A stretch of DNA of 64,000 nt from an uncultured candidate division Zixibacteria bacterium (GTDB taxonomy: Bacteria > Zixibacteria > MSB-5A5 > GN15 > FEB-12): assembly GCA_963806185.1 (NCBI GenBank), contig CAWDXE010000007.1:64001-128000 (forward strand), given 5' to 3'. Below are positions 60,209 to 64,000 of this stretch, in pieces. The notes under the pieces were generated by a model. The model had not been told where the DNA came from and did not search any database. It saw only the letters and a program-made list of their open reading frames with translations. A program made the translations under genes and the position numbers. How positions within the stretch are numbered: position 1 is the first letter of the stretch; each line of letters begins with the position of its first letter.

Positions 60209-61069
60209 ATGACTTGCTACTTCGTCTCTGATCTCCACGGTTCAATCGCCCGATATCAGAAACTCTTTGCCGCGATCCGGAAAGAAAAACCACAAGCGGT
60301 GTTTTGTGGCGGCGATCTGTTGCCGACAGGGCCGAAGGCACAGTCTTGGTCGTCCAGCCATTACCGCAACTTCGTGCATGATTTCCTCGCCCCCGCCTGC
60401 CTGGAGTTGAGAAGCGCAGTGGGGAATGCCTATCCGCGTATATTCATCATTCTCGGCAACGATGATCCCAAATCTCAGGAACCGTCGTTGTTGGATGGCG
60501 TCGAATGCGGTCAATGGGAGTATGTTCACGGCCGACGCGTTGCCTTCGGTGATTACCACGTGATGGGCTATAGTTGCGTACCGCCGACCCCTTTTCTACT
60601 TAAAGACTGGGAACGATACGATGTGTCACGGTTTATCGACGCCGGCTGCGTGTCGCCGGAAGAAGGTCGCTATTCTGTCGAAGTATCGCCTGGGGAGAAG
60701 AAATACTCGACTATCCAGGCAGAGCTTGAGAGTCTAGCCATAGGTTTCGATTTAGCCCGAACGATCTGCCTTTTTCATTCGCCGCCTTACCAATCCCACC
60801 TTGATCGCGCAGCACTTGACGGACGGATGGTAGACATGGCGCCGCTCGACGTTCATGTCGGAAGTATTGCCATACGGAGATTTATTGAAAAGCATCAGCC
60901 ATTCCTCACGCTTCATGGGCATGTACATGAAGCGGCCCGCCTGACGGGCTTCTGGCGCGATCAGATCGGCCGCACGGTGATGTTGACGGCGGCACACGAT
61001 GGCCCAGAGCTGGCTCTGGTAAAATTTGATCCCGAGAATCCTGCTGCGGCCGTGCGGGAGTTGCTCTAG
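60209..61069 (+). CDS. Calcineurin-like metallophosphoesterase
   Basis: SDLHG, GGDL, GNDD, FH, HGHVHE. Confidence 0.88.
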   Translation: MTCYFVSDLHGSIARYQKLFAAIRKEKPQAVFCGGDLLPTGPKAQSWSSSHYRNFVHDFLAPACLELRSAVGNAYPRIFIILGNDDPKSQEPSLLDGVECGQWEYVHGRRVAFGDYHVMGYSCVPPTPFLLKDWERYDVSRFIDAGCVSPEEGRYSVEVSPGEKKYSTIQAELESLAIGFDLARTICLFHSPPYQSHLDRAALDGRMVDMAPLDVHVGSIAIRRFIEKHQPFLTLHGHVHEAARLTGFWRDQIGRTVMLTAAHDGPELALVKFDPENPAAAVRELL

Positions 61070-61076
61070 TTGGCCA

Positions 61077-64000
61077 TCACTTGTGCCCGAGCGGCAGACG
61101 GCGGGCCGGATCGGTCACGGCGTCGATCTTCGCGGCGAATGATGTATGTGCAGCAATGTCCTCGTCTGTCACGATGTGGACGTCAAGCAGGCCGCCCGTC
61201 CGATGGCCGGTATGCAAGTAGTTGACTTCATCCAGGCAAAGACTCCAACCGCTCAGCCAGGATAGCAGCATCTCCCTTTGGCACGTATCGCCCGCGAAAT
61301 GAATGAGAAGATCGATGTCGCTTGCCGGGCCTGCCGTGGCGTTCTTGCTGCTGCCAAATATGTACATGGCCTTGACACCGAATCGCTCTGCGTCCAGTTC
61401 AGACGAGATCCTTTCGGCCACCCGCAAGCGCCAGCGCCAAGGACTTTCCTGCTCCTCTTGATGCAATGGCTGATACACGGTCCCTTCTGCAGGCTGGCTC
61501 TTGGGCTGCGCTAAGAGTCCGATGGCCTCCTCTTGATCAGCATTCAGGAGTATTTGTAGTATCCGCCCTCCGGTAGCCTGCGGCACATCTATCACACGAA
61601 CGACATTTGCCAGCGACTCAAACTCCGGCAGGAGTTGACTCAGCATATTAGGTGATTCGGTGAAAAATGTTTCGTTGAACACATTGACCGGGTCATCGGG
61701 GTACAAAGGAAGATACCTGATATTCGCCTCCACCAGATCCTGGAAGAAATGCGTGCCGAACGAGAGGTCCGGAAGATAGTTTCCTTTTTTGCGCGCTACT
61801 TCAATCAGGCACGATGTATTGCTGACATCGGAGTAGGTAACACTGACGCCGAGCTTAATATCGCCGCGACTGCCCCAGCGCCCGGGACCGATCAATATGA
61901 ACTGTCGTTTCGGCAGCAATTTGTTCAACCGTCCCACTGCGCGTCCGACCGCAAGCAGTTGCTGACGGTCTGGAATCTCACCGTATTCCAGCGGATCGAC
62001 GTACACGATGTGCGTAATGTCAGGCACCCGGCCGTTGGAAATGTACTTGTTGGCCGTAAACACAATGTCCTTCGACGGCACACCCCGGGGAATCGGTGTC
62101 GAACTGCTTCGTTTGGAATAGCTCTGCGGACGACATTGGAGCAGATAGAAATCGGTACCGTCAGACGCAAACTCGATATCCACCGGCGTCCCAAACGTTT
62201 CTTGCAGCAGTTTAAGAATGGCCTGTATGCGTTTGATAAACGTTGTCTGCGTCAACATTCCTTCGAATGTCACCAACATCTGCCCCTCTTGCAAATCCAT
62301 ACCGGCATACGAGAGAGCATGACTGCGGTCTCCCTCAATCATCGACACCATGTCAGCAAGGTTGGGAATACTGTACCCCGATAACCGAAGCACGTCGGCG
62401 ACCGGTACTGTCTCAAACGCTCTGGTCCTGAGATTGATGAGATCGATGAAATGAGGTGAGTAGCGGATTTGCTCATCGAGCGACACATTGACGCGTAGTC
62501 CTGGTTGACCCGGAGCTACGAGAATCGGGTAATCATCAGTGAGACGATCCACCGCCCGGGTGCCCAGTCCGGGTACCAGGCGAATCAGACCGTCCTCACG
62601 TCTGATACGAGGTGACCATCTGAATTCGTTGTTGCTGAACGCCACACCTGCGAATGCCGGCATGAAATAATCACCGACCGTGATACCGACGACCTCCTGG
62701 ATCATGATGCCCATTTCCTCGTTGAAATCCAGTAGTCCGCGCTCAACTCTATATTCGACAGGATCGGGACCAAATGTGGATGCGTAAACTTCTGCAATGG
62801 CATCCTTCAAGGCATCCAGCCTCTCCTGCTTTGTGCCCTGGTTAGCAAGAAACAGGCTTTTGTATTTCCCCGAAAAAGCGGAGCCCATCCGATCCTCGAG
62901 CAAACTGGAACTACGGACGATGATGGGTACAATGCCCAGATCATCAAGCGCGACCGACAAACCCTGTACGATTTCCGGAGGGAAATTTGAGTGCTTGAAG
63001 GTCTGTACGATGTGAGGGTATTCGAGTCGGATCTGATCGAGTTCCTTGTATTTCTGCTCTACGATTTCCTCAAGATTGTTGTGGTACATGAAGCTTAACA
63101 GCGCATCGGACGTGATATACCACGTTCTAGGTACCTTGATGTCCGCCAACAAAGGTGAATCCTGCCCAGCCCGTTTCAGAATCTTTGCCGCCACATACAA
63201 GCCCGCACTTTTTCCGCCCAAATGGCCGCTGCTCTCCGCAGTGAAGATCACGTAGGGGAGAAGATCGTAAAAATCAGCCACCGTGACGAACCGCTTAGCA
63301 ACATCGACAAACTGCACCTGCTCGCTAAAGAAGCGCCTGACCAGCGCCGCGCTGACGCCGCGCTGAGTGGGACTGCGCGGCTCCATCTCCTGGGGAGCTA
63401 TACGCCGATACCGGCGAATGGCCTCCGCGACCTCGGAAAGGGTAAGATTCCGATTAAGCGCACGCACGAGAAATCGTTGTTTATCTTCTTGTATCCGCTT
63501 TTGTATGAATAGCAGTATTTCGGCATCACCAATTTCATCGGAAGCGATCTTGAATATCTCGTCGCTGAGGAAATCGTTTGACGTTGTCAGCATTTTGCGA
63601 TGAAGTGGAACGTTGGAGTCCCCGTCGGCCCCCTCAGATTCTTTGGTGGTACCAGCCGTGTAATACTGCTCCAGCTTCTTGGCGGCCTCGACACCGCACC
63701 AGCACAAGTGATTGAGAAGTTTGTGAGAAATACTGAAAAATAAGTCCTGATCGGTTTGGCGTAACATATCGACAACGCCCCGCCACTCCGGTCGTTGTTG
63801 TTTAGACACACTAGCCTGAACGGCCTGCCAGTCTTGATAAACCGCCCTCATCTGTCGATACATCAGGAAGTGACTCAATCGGTCGGCGATTGAGTGAATC
63901 AGGCGAGTTTCCTCTTTGAGAAACGGGCCGTGATCCACCGATTCCTTCTCCGTCGTATAATAAACGCTAATGCGTCCGATTACTTTCTCCTGAATTAAGA
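61077..64000 (-). CDS. PEP/pyruvate-binding (PPDK N-terminal-like) protein with N-terminal GAF-like and C-terminal nucleotidyltransferase domains; 5' end runs off the window
   Basis: LGGKSAG, VRSSSLLED, GLGTRAV, VDIEFA, LLQCRP, GPGRWGS; C-terminal FGSS...SDIDLL; frame stays open from 63938 to the window edge. Confidence 0.85.
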   Translation of the reverse strand, partial: LIQEKVIGRISVYYTTEKESVDHGPFLKEETRLIHSIADRLSHFLMYRQMRAVYQDWQAVQASVSKQQRPEWRGVVDMLRQTDQDLFFSISHKLLNHLCWCGVEAAKKLEQYYTAGTTKESEGADGDSNVPLHRKMLTTSNDFLSDEIFKIASDEIGDAEILLFIQKRIQEDKQRFLVRALNRNLTLSEVAEAIRRYRRIAPQEMEPRSPTQRGVSAALVRRFFSEQVQFVDVAKRFVTVADFYDLLPYVIFTAESSGHLGGKSAGLYVAAKILKRAGQDSPLLADIKVPRTWYITSDALLSFMYHNNLEEIVEQKYKELDQIRLEYPHIVQTFKHSNFPPEIVQGLSVALDDLGIVPIIVRSSSLLEDRMGSAFSGKYKSLFLANQGTKQERLDALKDAIAEVYASTFGPDPVEYRVERGLLDFNEEMGIMIQEVVGITVGDYFMPAFAGVAFSNNEFRWSPRIRREDGLIRLVPGLGTRAVDRLTDDYPILVAPGQPGLRVNVSLDEQIRYSPHFIDLINLRTRAFETVPVADVLRLSGYSIPNLADMVSMIEGDRSHALSYAGMDLQEGQMLVTFEGMLTQTTFIKRIQAILKLLQETFGTPVDIEFASDGTDFYLLQCRPQSYSKRSSSTPIPRGVPSKDIVFTANKYISNGRVPDITHIVYVDPLEYGEIPDRQQLLAVGRAVGRLNKLLPKRQFILIGPGRWGSRGDIKLGVSVTYSDVSNTSCLIEVARKKGNYLPDLSFGTHFFQDLVEANIRYLPLYPDDPVNVFNETFFTESPNMLSQLLPEFESLANVVRVIDVPQATGGRILQILLNADQEEAIGLLAQPKSQPAEGTVYQPLHQEEQESPWRWRLRVAERISSELDAERFGVKAMYIFGSSKNATAGPASDIDLLIHFAGDTCQREMLLSWLSGWSLCLDEVNYLHTGHRTGGLLDVHIVTDEDIAAHTSFAAKIDAVTDPARRLPLGHK

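Overview
Bacterial, GC-rich genome fragment. The gene style suggests an uncultured anaerobe such as Zixibacteria, but that is inference only. The backbone is housekeeping: gap-pgk-tpiA-secG-tRNA-Leu, purF, tRNA-Sec, glnA, tadA, rpmE-prfA-prmC-nth, yajC-def-fmt-rng and gdh. The main feature is a ~16.3 kb genomic island (15397-31718) integrated at tRNA-Ser(CGA) and bounded by a perfect 21-bp direct repeat of the tRNA 3' end. It has no visible integrase. It carries (i) an arsenic-resistance operon (arsD fused to an AhpD/CMD domain, arsA, acr3, arsR, arsC), (ii) a MacB-type ABC exporter module with a probable selenoprotein (in-frame UGA in a U-G-C motif plus a SECIS-like hairpin), (iii) an ArsR/permease/thioredoxin/ArsF-like x2/ArsG-like module, and (iv) an operon of ArsR, Cys-Cys protein, CcdA-like protein and the mercury-methylation genes hgcA-hgcB. 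Also notable are a Sir2-like two-gene islet, a gdh / metallophosphoesterase / PPDK-like-nucleotidyltransferase cluster and families of REP-like palindromic repeats. Seven +1 frameshifts in six genes look like sequencing or assembly errors. Starts were adjusted by eye from the ORF track where an RBS or family N-terminus was evident.
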